This document shows, one piece after another, positions 1 through 15,959 of a stretch of DNA of 64,000 bases. Made by a program: the position numbers and the translations under genes. Source of the DNA: Eledone cirrhosa (Eukaryota); the NCBI GenBank assembly GCA_964016885.1, contig OZ024740.1, forward strand, positions 259,222,001 through 259,286,000, given 5' to 3'. Position 1 is the stretch's first letter; each line of letters opens with the position of its first letter. A model generated the notes under the pieces. It saw only the letters and a program-made list of their open reading frames with translations, was not told the origin of the DNA and did not search any database.

Positions 1-865
1 AATTTTTTTTAAATAAGTCATTTTTAAAATATATGAAAGATTTAAGAAGTAAAAAATAAAAAATATAAAGAATTAAAAAACCTTAAAAACATATTAAAAT
101 TAAAGTTAAAATTAAAATTTAGGATCATATATGTATATAATTTAAGAAATTTTACGAAGTGAAAATATAAGAAGTGAAATTATAGCAAACAATATATTAA
201 AACAGAGTGGATAAGATTGTTATGGAAATAAGTAGAAATATTATAAATGTAATTATAATTTATATATAGTTGAATTTAGGCGATGTTTACAAGAACTAAA
301 TAAATTCATTTGTACATTAATAAAGTTCCTACATTTAAGTATGAAGAAAATTTCCTCAAAACACAATTTGCAAAATCTAGATAAAGCTGTGTTTCAGTAG
401 GCAGGTGCTTTCTGAAATGATTTCCCAAGTTAAAGAATCGTCCGTATTTTTGGATTTTAAGTTCCATATCAGGTTTGAGAGAGAAGTTGAAGATTTTTTT
501 TAAATTACTTATTTTTTAAAAATTAATGATTTTTTTTTAAATCTACTTATCTCTTATAAAATATTTTTTAAGGGTTCTTAAAATTTTTTTTAATTTTTTA
601 GAAATTTAAAAAAATGTTTTTATTTTTTTTTTATAAATTTTTTTTTAAGATTTTCCCGACTTTTTAATATTGTTTAATATTTTTTAATAAAATACTTTAA
701 TATCTTTTATTAGATTTATAATCACTAACTAATTCAGGCTAAATATATCTTTCAACATTTATATCTTTAAAATTTAAACTTATTTTGACAAAATGGTCTC
801 ATAATAACTATTAAATAAACAAAACTGGAGCTTTTTCCGTATCTTCCCAATTTTAAATATTTAAA

Positions 866-954
<89 letters not shown>

Positions 955-1419
955 AATATAAATATTCTTATTAACTCAGTTAACTTAATTACTTACATTA
1001 AATATAAACCAATATCCCTCATAACTCATTAAAACAATTATCTATAACACGATATACCCATCTATCTATTTATCTATTTATCTATTTATTGATTTATTCT
1101 TTTATTTTTTCTATTTATTTTTCTATAAATTTATTTTTCTATCTATTTATTTTTCTACTTATTTTTAAATCTATCTATTTTTCTATCTATTTATTCTTCT
1201 ATTGACCTATTTTTTTATCTATTTATTTCTCCATATATTTTTCTATCTATTTTTCTAACTAATTTTTATATTTATTTTTCTATATATATCTATTTATTTT
1301 TCCATCTACTTATAACAGTAAATATTTCTAACAACTAAATAATAGTAAATATACGTACCATTAGTAGGTATATACTTAAAATGTGTTCTATTCATCCTCT
1401 TGTAATATTAATATCTTTT

Positions 1420-1600
1420 CGGTGGCAGTATCGGTAGAGGGTCAGACGCCATGCTTTGACGCATAGAGTTACGGTCCTTGCCATTCTGAGTTCAAATCCC
1501 GCCGAGGTTTACTTTGCCTTTCATCCTTACGGGGTCGATAAAATAAAGTACCAGTAATGCACTGGGTAATTGCTGGCCTTGTGCCAAAAGTAGAAACAAA
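1420..1600 (+). mobile_element. tRNA-derived SINE, family S1 (central domain resembles the MetaSINE-type core)
   Basis: Pol III A-box-like TGGCAGTATCGG and B-box GAGTTCAAATCC, then CCGAGGT..ACTTTGCCTTTCATCCTTACGGGGTCGATAAAATAAAGTACC. Recurs at 8925, 42275, 48571 and 63967, with degenerate copies at about 13778, 32700, 41810 and 52970. Confidence 0.85.
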
Positions 1601-1821
1601 TATTAATATATTTTCTCTCTCTCTTTTTTTTCTCTCTCTTTCTTCCCTATCTTTCTCCAATGTCATTTAAATAAACGGTTGTTTTTTCAATTATTTACAC
1701 ATTCACTTGCATATTCACACATAAGTTTGAATAATCCCTAATATGTTTCCACTATCCAGTGAATTTCCAACCGATCAGGTATGATTTTCATGGGTACGTC
1801 TCTATTTATAAAACAAACTTT

Positions 1822-1890
1822 GTATTTTATCTGATGAGAAAGCGCACTAATAGTGTCTTGGTTGCCCTTGAAATATATATAATAAAATAT
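1822..1890 (+). ncRNA. Type I hammerhead ribozyme, family A element (about 1745-1930)
   Basis: Stem I GTATTTTAT/ATAAAATAT, CTGATGA 1831-1837, GAAA 1870-1873, palindromic stem III TATATA, UA cleavage site. Stem II is imperfect in this copy. Confidence 0.65.
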
Positions 1891-1957
1891 ATATTGTTTT
1901 ATAAATATAGTTTCCATTTATTTAATATCATGTTGTATATATATATATATGTATGTA

Positions 1958-2890
<933 letters not shown>

Positions 2891-2905
2891 TATATATATA
2901 TATAT

Positions 2906-3100
2906 AGTTTTAATATAGATGTGATTCTACAGGACTAGAACAGTTTCATTCTTTAGAAATTATCAGGATTCCTGATGATTTCTAAAGAATGAAACTGTTC
3001 TAGTCCTGTAGAATCTCATCTATATTAAAACTGTTATACTCTGCAATGTATTGAGTACCTTACTTACTGTGGTTACCTCCGATTCAACCCGGAATAACGT
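2906..3100 (+). mobile_element. Fold-back HHR element, family C (HHR at 2967-3015)
   Basis: Palindrome with arms of about 60 bp centred on CAGGATTCCTG. GATTC-CTGATGA-tTTCtaaaGAAt-GAAA-C...G-TA-GAATC. Second copy at 59120-59312. Flanked by (TA)n. Confidence 0.8.
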
Positions 3101-3120
3101 ATATATATATATATATATAT

Positions 3121-3340
3121 AGGAGTCGATTGACTTTCGTCAAATCGGACCGAGGAAACAATGTTTCCATTGGTCTTTCCAATTGCTAATACATTCTATC
3201 GATCGCAACTCCAGGTAGAAGGAGCAACGTGAAATAAAGTGTCTTGCTCAAAGACATAACGCATCACCCGGTCCGGGAATCGAACTCACAACCTCACGAT
3301 TGCGAATCCAATTCTCTAACCACTCAGCCACGCGCCTTCA
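3121..3340 (-). mobile_element. tRNA-derived SINE, family S2 (CORE-like domain)
   Basis: Minus strand GTGGCTGAGTGGTTAG...GAGTTCGATTCCC...TTGAGCAAGACACTTTATTTCAC. Homologous to 28195-28410. Confidence 0.85.
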
Positions 3341-3430
3341 TATATGTGTTTATTTCAGATCAATTTTTGTATGGAACTATATATATATATATGTATATAT
3401 ATATATACATATACATATATATATACATAT

Positions 3431-3481
<51 letters not shown>

Positions 3482-3495
3482 CATATATATATATA

Positions 3496-3685
3496 TGAAA
3501 AAAGTATGACCCCGACAGCAGAGCTCAAGCCGTTTCGACGGCTATTTCTGGACTGAAATAGCCGTCGAAACGGCTTGAGCTCTGCTGTCGGGGTCATACT
3601 TTTTCCTATTTCCCACTCTACTATCCTAAGTATTGAGTACTCTGGGTCGTTATGGTCCATCTGGTTCCTTACCATAATTCCTCTG

Positions 3686-3690
<5 letters not shown>
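3496..3690 (+). mobile_element. Fold-back element, family D, carrying only the 3' half of an HHR
   Basis: Inverted arms of about 55 bp. GTC-GAAA-CGGCTTGAGCTC(A/T)GC(C/T)G-TC-GGGGTC. Other copies at 8395-8520, 11117-11256 (-), 51460-51520 (-) and 51870-52070. Confidence 0.7.
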
Positions 3691-3717
<27 letters not shown>

Positions 3718-3719
<2 letters not shown>

Positions 3720-4656
3720 TAGCTGCAGTACCCGGTAATACTCGGGAAAGGTGGGGTTATTCGCTCTTCCTAGCTGCGCCTGAAAATGCCAGCGACCCTG
3801 GGTGCCCATACTGGATTTTCAATAGCTTTGCTTGGTGTGTTTATTTCGGATCAATATTTGTATGGAACTATCAATAGCTGTTTAAGTCATAAGTCCTTCT
3901 TCTATCCAACTTTCTTCATTCAGAGTGAATAAGCCGGGGAAGTTTCAGCTCGAAAAGTATCGAACTTATTCAACAAACTTATGTATAAGAATAGCAAACT
4001 TACTGCCTTGGCGCTCAAGAACAAACACAGAACAATTGAGGAAGTCATCGCAATTATTGAAGAAATTATAACCGAGTGAACATATTCAGGTACTGTTCAA
4101 GCACCCTGTATATCACCGTTTGTAAAGCCCTTCGAATGACTGAAGCAATTCAATAAAACCATCCCGTTTTCCCCCTATAGTAGACATAACCCGAGGAAAC
4201 ACACACCATAATAAGTCGGATAAACAATCAGCAGTGTTGGCCCTAAAGAGAGCTTTGTCACGTTCACTGCTGCAAAGTGTTATTATGGGGGAGAAGTTAC
4301 AACTTAATTTGTGTTAATCTTCCCACGATCCGACACCTCGAAATATCGACAAAATAAATTCTACTCTCAAAGACGGCATGTTACAATTAACATGCCAGGA
4401 GTACAAATATTCTCATGGTAAGCCAACTACCAGGTCATTGATCATCGCACTGTTTTGTAACTTATCACCGAGGGTACTTAAAGAACCGATAGGACATAAT
4501 GTGGACAGCGACGGCGGTGGATTTGAGAAATATTCTAGATGAAACCTTCCAGACGTAAACGAACAGTGTAAGGAAGTACAAGGGGCTTCTTTGGGGTGGA
4601 TAAGCAATTAAACCTCTTCGCAACCTGTATTCGGATACTTTATCAACAGACCTCAT
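3718..4656 (-). mobile_element. Possible Helitron-type fragment
   Basis: Minus strand ends in a CCCG..CGGG hairpin followed by CTAGT, the Helitron 3' signature. Interior not recognised. Confidence 0.35.
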
Positions 4657-4660
4657 GTGT

Positions 4661-6299
<1,639 letters not shown>

Positions 6300-6305
6300 T
6301 ATGTG

Positions 6306-6347
<42 letters not shown>

Positions 6348-6351
6348 TATA

Positions 6352-6710
6352 ATGACTGCAACTCGATTTCGAGTAATGCCATCACTTGATATTTAAGCAT
6401 GAGCATCATGGACGTGGCGTTTTAGTCCTGCTACGGACTTGCCTATGGCCAGCAATACCATGCATCGCAAAATAATACCAAGCGATGCCTGTGCTTGAGG
6501 CTTTTTTAAGTGAGGAAAGGCTTTACACGAGGCCAATACCACTCTCTGAACATAGAATGCATTTGCCCAAAAAGAACTACTCTACATTATCGGATGCAAA
6601 CGAAGCCGCAGGTTTTATATCAGAGTGATCTTCTAGAGAGATGTCTTAATGGAAACTAGGAGTCTCTCGCTCCATGATGCATTGACTATTTAATTCACTC
6701 TGTTTTAAGC
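6352..6710. repeat. Dispersed repeat family E, possibly derived from a LINE 5' UTR
   Basis: Homologous to 22670-22920, 23092-23490 and the reverse complement at 29565-30040. Shared GACTTGCCTATGGCCAGCAATACC and GAATGCATTTGC. Confidence 0.65.
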
Positions 6711-6859
6711 GTGAAAATAATACGACTTTATGTTAATGTAGCCTCATGTTTGTTCGTTTCTTGTTCCTTTATATATATATATATATATATAATATATGTA
6801 AGTATGTGTGTATCAGCCGTGCTAAGAGTGAGAAATGAAATTTCGTTTCATTCTTTTCC

Positions 6860-6904
<45 letters not shown>

Positions 6905-6951
6905 GTATGTATGTGTATATATATATATATGTGTGTATGTATGTATGTATG

Positions 6952-6999
<48 letters not shown>

Positions 7000-7006
<7 letters not shown>

Positions 7007-7325
7007 ATACTTGGGGAGGGTCATATTGTTGTGATAATATTGCCAGAAATAATAACAGAACACACTCACTGTTTGGTTGGTTTTCGCTTCTGTGTCTTTT
7101 ATATCTCCATAGTTAATTCATTTGGCCATCAATGTTTATTATTGACTGACCAACGGTCAAAAATACAGATATAAATATATATAGTCTAACAAAGCCTAAC
7201 ATATATATAGTCTAACCCTAACCCTAACCCTAACAAAGTTCTTTCGTTGCACATCTGCAACATCATCAGTGGTACTATTATCGTGTTTCCCCTGCTGTAT
7301 GCTATGTATTGTAGTGTCTACGCCT
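7000..7325. mobile_element. Family F element: plus-strand body (7000-7170) and inverted HHR-bearing end (about 7207-7325, -)
   Basis: Body matches 63525-63700. Minus strand ATAGTACCA-CTGATGA-t-GTTGCAgatgTGCAAC-GAAA-GAAC-TT-TG. Confidence 0.65.
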
Positions 7326-7574
7326 TATATATATATATACATATATAGTTGGAAGACTACAGAAAAATGGACGAAACACAGAACAGTCCCTTCTCCTCAG
7401 TTAACCTTTGGAGGTCCTTGAGATTTCCTTAACGTACTGAAATCACAAGGACTTCCAGAGGTTGTCTGATGAGAAGGAATTGACCTGTTCGTCCGCTTTC
7501 TTTTGTATTCACACAATTTTTTTCAATTAATTTTATAAGATCTTAGCTGCGCGGAGTCATTCTTTGCTGTTGAA

Positions 7575-7704
<130 letters not shown>

Positions 7705-7939
7705 TCTACACACAACTCATATATGAGATCTGTCAAAAAAATGTCCGACCTATATACATAATCTATTCTGTCGTTGAAAATAAATTTATGTTTCACAATT
7801 AGAATGGATGTGTACAGTGATCGGGTGCACAACAGCTCATCAAAGTTGCATGTATAGTGCAAAGAATAATGTATAAATGTCAGGAAAGTAAATAGTGTAT
7901 GAGTCATGATAGACACCCAGACACAAACACACATGAGTG

Positions 7940-8215
7940 CGCGTGTATGGAGGGGAATATCAGGTGTAGTGTTGGCGAATTTCGGGAAGCATAAAAATGT
8001 TGAAGTATACAGCTAACAACTGATACTGGTAATTTGTTCCATGCTTCATTAACTATGAGCGTGAAAAAATGCTTTCGAAATTCAAGGGAGCCGTGCGGTT
8101 TTCTGATTTTGTAAGCATGTCTATGGATGTTAGATATATGGAATTCAAAAAGGTGCAACAATTATTGTACACGGATAGGTGAAACTACAGTCGGGACTTT
8201 GAAGAAAAAATAGGT
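7940..8215 (-). mobile_element. CR1-type LINE 3' fragment
   Basis: Translation YKIRKPHGSLEFRKHFFTLIVNEAWNKLPVSVVS matches the CR1 ORF2 C-terminal FF..RV...WN.LP motif. Confidence 0.75.
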
Positions 8216-8253
8216 ATATTTTTGTCTATTATTTCCTCATAATTTTTAATTTG

Positions 8254-8337
<84 letters not shown>

Positions 8338-8522
8338 ATGTGTGTGTGTGTGTGTGCGCGTGTGCGCGTGCGCGCGTGTGTGTGTGTGAACAGATTCAAG
8401 ACCCCGACGGCTGAGCTCCGGCCGTTTCGGCAGCATATAACCCACTCTACTGCCCCGAGTATCGAGTACTCTGGTGCGTTATGATCCTCCTAGTATCTTA
8501 CCACACCCGCTTTGTTATATAT

Positions 8523-9198
8523 ACTAGCAAAAAAAACACCTTCGGGTGGTTTTCTGCTAGCATGTGTAGTGTGTATATTTATATTATACGCAAGTATATA
8601 TACATGTAGATATGATACATCAAATAAAATCGTAATTGACAATATACACAGAAATTGAACGAAGACTGTGTTACACTGTCTTATGTAATCAGTAACGTAA
8701 TCCATGATATATTAAAAAAAGACGATATATATAAACTGCATTAGGAGAAAATTAGTGACGGAAATATATGAATGTTTATTTAAGCGATCGCTAACCGGAA
8801 GTGTTGACATTTGAAAATTTTAAAGAAGTGAATTTTTAAATGAACAATAAAATATCTTTGATCAACAGCTACGAAATTTTGTAGATAAATTATGTAATAT
8901 TCATTCATTATTTATTCAAAGTAAGTGGGGATTGGCAGTATCGGTAGAAGGTCGGACGCCATGCTTTCCAGCATAGTTACGTCCCTTTACGATCTGAGTT
9001 CAAATCCCGCCGAGGTTGACTTTGCCTTTCATCCTTACGGGGTCGATAAAATAAAGTACCAGTAATGCACTGGGTAATTGCTGACCTTGTGCCTAAAGTA
9101 GAAACAATTATTTATTCAAAGTAATCCAACTTATTTTACTGATGGGATAAAAAAATTATAAACCGTACGCAGTCCCGCACTCCTTACTTTATTATAGT
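8523..9198 (-). mobile_element. Probable non-autonomous Helitron containing a SINE insertion
   Basis: Minus strand starts CTATAATAAAGTAAGGAGTG and ends in a hairpin plus CTAGT. Inserted in (TA)n. Confidence 0.5.
8925..9106 (+). mobile_element. SINE family S1 with target-site duplication
   Basis: Full S1 body flanked by the direct repeat ATTATTTATTCAAAGTAA (about 8907-8924 and 9107-9124). Confidence 0.85.
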
Positions 9199-9199
9199 T

Positions 9200-9268
<69 letters not shown>

Positions 9269-9479
9269 ATATATGATTTTATAATACTTAAGCTTCACAT
9301 AGGATCAGTATTAATACTAATATAAGCGACATAGTGATATGTGTGAATGGAGGTTTGTATGTCCACGTGTCTGTGTTTACATTTACTATTTATGTCCCAT
9401 AATTTAACGGTTCAATAAAAAAGAGATCGATAAAATATATTCCAATCGTAAAAAATATACGAAATATTGGGGTTGAAGA

Positions 9480-9820
9480 GTGAAGAGTGAGAGAGGGAGA
9501 GACTGAGAGAGAGAAGGAGAGACTGAGAGAGAGATGGAGTGACTGAGAGATGGGAGAGACTGAGGGAGGGGAGAGACTGAGAGGGGAGAGACTGAGAGAG
9601 ATGGAGAGACTGTGTGACTGAGAGAGGGAGAGACGGGGAGAGAGGGAGTGACTGGGAGAGGGAGTGACTGAGGGAGAGACGGGGAGAGAGGGAGTGACTG
9701 GGAGAGGGAGTGACTGAGAGAGAGGGAGAGACTGGGAGAGAGAGAGACTGAGAGAGGAGAGACTGAGAGAGAGAGAGACAGACAGAGCGAGAGAAGGAGA
9801 GGGAGAGAGACTGAGGGAGA
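9480..9820. repeat. GA-rich low-complexity repeat (GAGAGACT variants)
   Basis: Visible directly. Confidence 0.9.
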
Positions 9821-11073
9821 GTGTTAAATAGCGAAGTCTTTGATCATAGATTTATGATCTGGTTTGGTCGCTAATATTATAGTTCACTCTATAATGATGA
9901 GTATTAGATGTATTTATATGGAGGATCAAAGAATGGTGGTCATGGTGGGGTCATGGTTGTGGTGGTGGTGGTGGTCGTTGTTATAATAGTGGTGGTAATG
10001 ATGGTGGTGTTGGCAGTAGTGGTGGTGGTGGTGGTAACATATTGGTAATAGTCATGGCGGTAGTGGTGGTGTTGTTGGTGGTTGCGTATTCGCAGTAATT
10101 GTGGTCGTGGTGGTGGTGGTGTTTGCTGTTTTTTTTTGGTTGTTGTTACTGCCATTACTGTCACTGTTGATAACGTTGTTGCTATTGTTATTGCTGTTGC
10201 TTTTTATGTGATATTTTTTTATTACAAAACAGCATTAAATTGGTAAGAGGTGTAAAATGTTGCGGAAAAAATGTTTTATATAGTTGCGTTTCATTCCCTT
10301 TTGAGTTCGAATTTCACCTATGTTTCCGTTGTTTCTCATCTCTAACTCCCTTCTCATCCTTCCAAAGTCGGTATGGAAAATATCAGTTATAGCACACATG
10401 TGATCAAAGAAATAGCCTACTCAGACAGTTCCCCTTAGACGAAGCGGCGAATTATCGTTTAGAGTAGTTAGAGCGACAGATTAACTGATTTGCGTATTTG
10501 TACTAGCTCTCTACGCTTTAAAGGCTAACCCCGACTAGATCAAGTTTACCTTTCATCTTTTCATGGTTGATAAATATAATCCCAGTCCAGAGTGGTTTAT
10601 TGCTATGGCATCGGACAGGGTTCCTTGCGGTATTTGATCCGTTTCTGTATTTTCTGAGTTCAAATTCCCTCCCATGAGAAGATGACCGCTTCCATCTGAC
10701 AATACATCAGTAATGAGGGCCTGAATATACAGCTGGCACACTCGGGACCTTCCTTGAGGAGACTACTCTACAAACCCTGAGCTGCATACAACGATACATG
10801 CACACTTCCTAACTTCCTAACTTCCTAACTACATGATGCAGAGTGGATTCAGTGATTGCACCATGCATGCGCAATCCAGACATTTGGACCAGTTAAGAAA
10901 GAATACATCGTTCGTTTTTCTTTTGAATCGTTTTTGTTTTACATTTGAAAAGGGGGTATTATCCCTGAAATAGTATGTCGAAATATACTGGGAAAGAATA
11001 ACATTAATTGTTTTATTTTATTTGTTATCCTTTGCCCCTTATATATTTCTATCGCATTGTACCGGCTTTATCA

Positions 11074-11118
<45 letters not shown>

Positions 11119-11251
11119 CGAAGGAAGTGTGGTAAGGAACCAGGTGGACCATAACGCACCAAAGTACTCAATACTTAGGGTAGTAGAGTGGGTAATAGGA
11201 ACGAGTAGGACCCCGACGGCTGAGCTCAAGCCGTTTCGACGGCTAATTCTG

Positions 11252-11346
<95 letters not shown>

Positions 11347-11440
11347 GATCAGCGACCTTTAGACACACCGGACTGAAACAATTGTTAATACTTTAAATAA
11401 ACCATATTGTACATCTGACCATGTTATTCTTCATTTTGTT

Positions 11441-11510
<70 letters not shown>

Positions 11511-12021
11511 TATATACATATATACACCAAGTAGGAAGAGAAATGGAATAGCAACATTTGGGAGCGTATGCATATAGTTGAAGATATGTATGTTAATGGG
11601 CACGTGTTGTATATGTGCATACGTTTCTGCTTTACATTTGTTATGGTAAAAGTGTATGCATGTATGAGCGCGTAAGTTGTACACACATCTGTCTGTGTGT
11701 GTGTCAGCCCGAGAGCGCACCAACTTGTTTACTATTTATTTTCCTGGAAGAAGGAAAAAAATGAAGAGAGTTGGAAAAGAAAAGTAAGAGCATTTACCCC
11801 AAAAAATACAACCAATCCCACAACACACACCTCTGCACACATAAACATACACACACACAAGCGCGCGCATATATATATGTGTGTGTGTGTGTGTGTGTAT
11901 GTGTGTGTGTGTGTGTGTATCATACATAAGTGTGAAACGCGCATATATATATATCTAAACACACACACACACACACATATATATACATATACATACATAA
12001 TATATATATATATATATATAT

Positions 12022-12075
<54 letters not shown>

Positions 12076-12189
12076 CATACGTACATAAATTATATATATA
12101 TATATATAAAAATATGTGTACATTTATACAAACATAATATATATATATATATATATAATATATATATATATACATATATACATATATAC

Positions 12190-12220
<31 letters not shown>

Positions 12221-12221
12221 C

Positions 12222-12276
<55 letters not shown>

Positions 12277-12289
12277 CATATATATATAC

Positions 12290-12376
<87 letters not shown>

Positions 12377-12421
12377 TATAGATATATATATATATACATA
12401 TATATATACATATATATATAT

Positions 12422-12454
<33 letters not shown>

Positions 12455-12659
12455 TCACATATACATACATACATAGTGTGTTGGTGAAATAACGCTAGTT
12501 TGGTGCACCTGATATATGTTATCTCCACTTGTCTCTACCTCATCTTTCCATCTCTCCATAACATCAACTCACCTTATCAACCATCTCACTGCAATTCAAT
12601 TCACATACAGCTTCTGCTTCACTATTGTTCTTCCTCGCCCTCACCTATTGTTGTTGTTA

Positions 12660-13340
12660 ATAGTGGTGGTGGTGGTGGTGGTGGTGGTGGTGGTGGTGGT
12701 GGTGGTGGTGGTGATGATGGTGATGGTAGTTGTTGTGGTGGTGGTTGTGGTGGTTGTGGTGGTGGTAGTGGTGGTGGTGGTGGTTGTGGTAGTAGTGGTG
12801 GTGGTGATGGTGGTGATGGTAGTTGTTGTGGTGGTGGTTGTGGTGATGGTGGCGGTGGTGGTGGTGGTGGTGGTAGTGGTGGTGGTGGTGGTGGTGTTGG
12901 TGGTGGTGATGGTGGTGGTGGTGGTGGTGGTTGTGGTGGTGGTGGTGGTGGTAGTGGTGACGGTGGTGGTGGTGGTAGTGGTGGTGATGATGGCGGTGGT
13001 GGTGGTGGTGGTGGTGGTGGTGATGGTGGTGGTGGTTGTAGTGGTGGTGGTGGTGGTGGTAGTAGTGGTGGTGGTGGTGGTAGTGGTGGTGATGATGGCG
13101 GTGGTGGTTGTGGTGGTGGTGGTGGTGGTGGTGGTAGTGGTGGTGAAGGTGGTGGTGGTGGTAACGTTGGTGATGGTGGTTGTGGTGGTGGTGGTGGTGG
13201 TAGTGGTGGTGGTGACGGTGGTGGTGGTGGTAGTGGTGGTGATGATGGCGGTGGTGGTGGTGACGGTGGTGGTGGTGCCGGTGATGTGGTGTTGGTGATG
13301 GTGCTGGTACTGGTGCTGGTACCGATGGGGGGGGGTGCTG
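12660..13340. repeat. (GGT)n cryptic microsatellite
   Basis: About 680 bp of GGT/GAT/AGT/TGT triplets. Source of the poly-G and poly-V ORFs. Confidence 0.95.
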
Positions 13341-14094
13341 GTTGAGCTAGTAATATATTTTCTTCACATTTTCATAGTAGTCTATATAGTAGTTTTAATA
13401 GATCTCTGATTAGTGACATGTTCAACCTTCACCAGGTGGCATTGGTCACCGGAAGCCGGAAGCTTCGAAGGATGTGTGAAAATGAGGGAGAGGGAAGAGA
13501 AAGGGAGAGATGTAAATACAGAGTAACTACGACTGGTACTCATTTTTTTGTTTTGTTTTTGTTTTGTTTTTGTTTTGTTTTTGTTTGTTTGTTTTTTGTT
13601 TTGTTTTTTTGGGGGGTTTTTTCAGCTGATCTGACTGAAGCAGCGGGAATTGAACACAACACACCGCCCGGATAGGTTTCGAACTCATGACGTTACAACC
13701 GTGAGACCAACATTCTAATCAACAACACCAATATAAATATATTACTGTCGTATATATTGTAGGATATATTGACAGAAAGGCGGTGAATTGGCAGTTTTTA
13801 GAACGTCGGATAAAATACTTTGACATTTCTTTCAATGTGCTGCTTTTTGAGTTCAAATCCTGCCACCATCAACTTTACCTTTCTTCGGTTCGAGGTCAAT
13901 AAATAAAGTACGAGTTAAGTACCGGGGTCGATTCTCTCTCTCACTCTCTCTCTCTAGGTTGGAGCTGATGGTGTTGGTATACACTCCAGAGGGGTCACAT
14001 TAGTTTATGAAGTGAAATTGTTGAGTTGTTGTGATTTCCATTTGACAACAGAACATAGTGTTTTTCAACGTCTTACAACCTTAGCTAAAACTTA

Positions 14095-14175
14095 CATTAC
14101 TCAGACAGATTAGGGAAGCCATACATATAGCTGAATTTGAATCCACCCTCAATAGAAAGCACGTATGGGATAGCA
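14095..14175 (+). pseudogene. Penelope-like element endonuclease C-terminal remnant
   Basis: Translates LRQIREAIHIAEFESTLNRKHVW, resembling the E-A-x-x-I...LN end of PLE GIY-YIG domains. Confidence 0.5.
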
Positions 14176-14339
14176 ACAACCCCACAACCTGGTGTCTAGT
14201 CACAAAAAGGATTATGACACATATGGATGATACAAAGGAGGGACAAATATACATAAAATCACTCATGATAGGATACAAGATTAGATTAATAACCGCCTAT
14301 TGGCGAATGGGAAGAATGGATTAGTTACCTATCTTATAA

Positions 14340-14880
14340 TAAAACTGAAGTGAAACTCGACTAGTGGATAAAGTGCTGTATGTGTCTCTCTAACTCTGTG
14401 GGATCGCACATGCAGGACACATTTCTCATCACCCTTACCAGGCCGCTATCAAGATATTGAATTTAACACTATTTGAGATAGCTGAGTTCCGCTGGATCAG
14501 AAATTTAGAGGCCATGGGTTTGGTATAATGTGAATGGATTTGGGTTTTATCATTTCTAATTTCCATCTAGAGTTATGTGTCTAACACGGGTAATATATGG
14601 TTGGGGTGCTTAGTGGGGTGGTCTACTGTTAACACCATGCTCTGGTGGATGGAGTTAGCTATTTGCTAGATGCTCTCTATGGGGCTAGCTTCTGGTTCCA
14701 ATTCATTGGTACTCTCTTGTGGGATAGTTTTAACTACTATATTAATATCGTCAATATAGTGAGAGTACATGGCTATGGAGTTCTCAGCTTAGCGTTCCTT
14801 GAATCACCTGTACCACCACACCATAAACAAATTGGCCACATTGCCAGCGACACTGACGCCGATGCCGTTCCTTCCTCTTA
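14340..14880 (-). pseudogene. Decayed Penelope-like reverse transcriptase fragment
   Basis: Minus strand, in order and across stops and frameshifts: GIGVSVAGNVANLFMV, MYSHYIDDINIVV (YIDD at 14747-14758), QIANSIHQSMVLTVD, ILPVLDT, HYTKPMASKFLIQRNSA, LVRVMRNVS. Confidence 0.8.
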
Positions 14881-15959
14881 GGCGCGTGTATTATTATTGA
14901 ACTTAAATACATGGCCCTTTAAGATAGATTTAATGCTCGCTCCCACCGCATGTGCGATCATTCTTTTCACGTAGTATAGGAGAGAGAGATTAAGGAATCA
15001 CTGGCGAGAACTTAAGAACAAAAGCTCATCAGTGATATACCAACATGCCAAATTAGAACACAGGGCCTTCATAGATAACATAGAAATAAAGATCCTATCC
15101 ACACATAGGACTGACGCAACACACATAAAAGGAAATAGTCGTAACCTGGACAGAAAACACGAGTGGAATAGTAACAGCCCGCAACTTAACGACTGAAGAC
15201 AGAATAGAGGGGGGGGAGACACAAACAGCAAAATATAAAACTATACAAACCCACACACACATAAAACACATGTATACATGACAAACACAAAGACACATAC
15301 ATACACAGAGAGAGACGCAGGCGTAGACGCATGCGCAAACACGAAACAGAAAAAAAATGCAACACAAAACAAACAAAAACAAGATGGAGTAGAATTTAAG
15401 ACCAGGAAAAAGAAGAGGCACCGAACAGATAATCATTGAAGAAATGTGAGACGAAAGAACTTTGACAAACAAATGAATAACGAACAATAAAGATAAAGTG
15501 AAAATTATATGGTGCATGTGTTTCTTTCTATTGACAATATCGGCAACATGACCATCCCCAAATATAACAAATTATATATATATATATGTGTGTGGGGGTG
15601 TATCTGGGAGATACGGTGTTCGATTCCTCGTAACAGCCGATGACAACTTCATTTTCCGTCTTTAAGGCTCTTCACCTTATTTTATATCTCTGCTCATGAG
15701 CACACATCTCTTTATATATGTGTGTGTGTGTGTATGTGTGTAACATTAAGTTTACAGCAACACACCCGACTTCACGACACTACAAGTAGCCGTCAAAGAA
15801 ACAAAAAGTCTTCCAGCTACTGAACAAGGTTTGGCTTTTATTTTATTGTTTTTGTTTTCTTTTGTTTGTCTTAAAATATAAAAATATTCTTTTTCGTTTT
15901 CCTGAAAATGTTTTGTAAAAGAGAAAAAAGTGGAAAAAAGTGGAAATTGTTACTGAATG

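Noticed and set aside
3240-3340. tRNA genes (also 28195 and 60572)
   Set aside because: These are SINE heads with A and B boxes but no complete cloverleaf, and they continue into SINE bodies.
7348-7510. CTGATGA at about 7466 as a hammerhead
   Set aside because: No correctly placed GAAA or stems. The region is an imperfect palindrome of about 150 bp, with a relative at about 40340-40400.
12500-13345. 281-aa glycine-rich ORF
   Set aside because: (GGT)n low complexity that is open in several frames, with no supporting splice or domain evidence.
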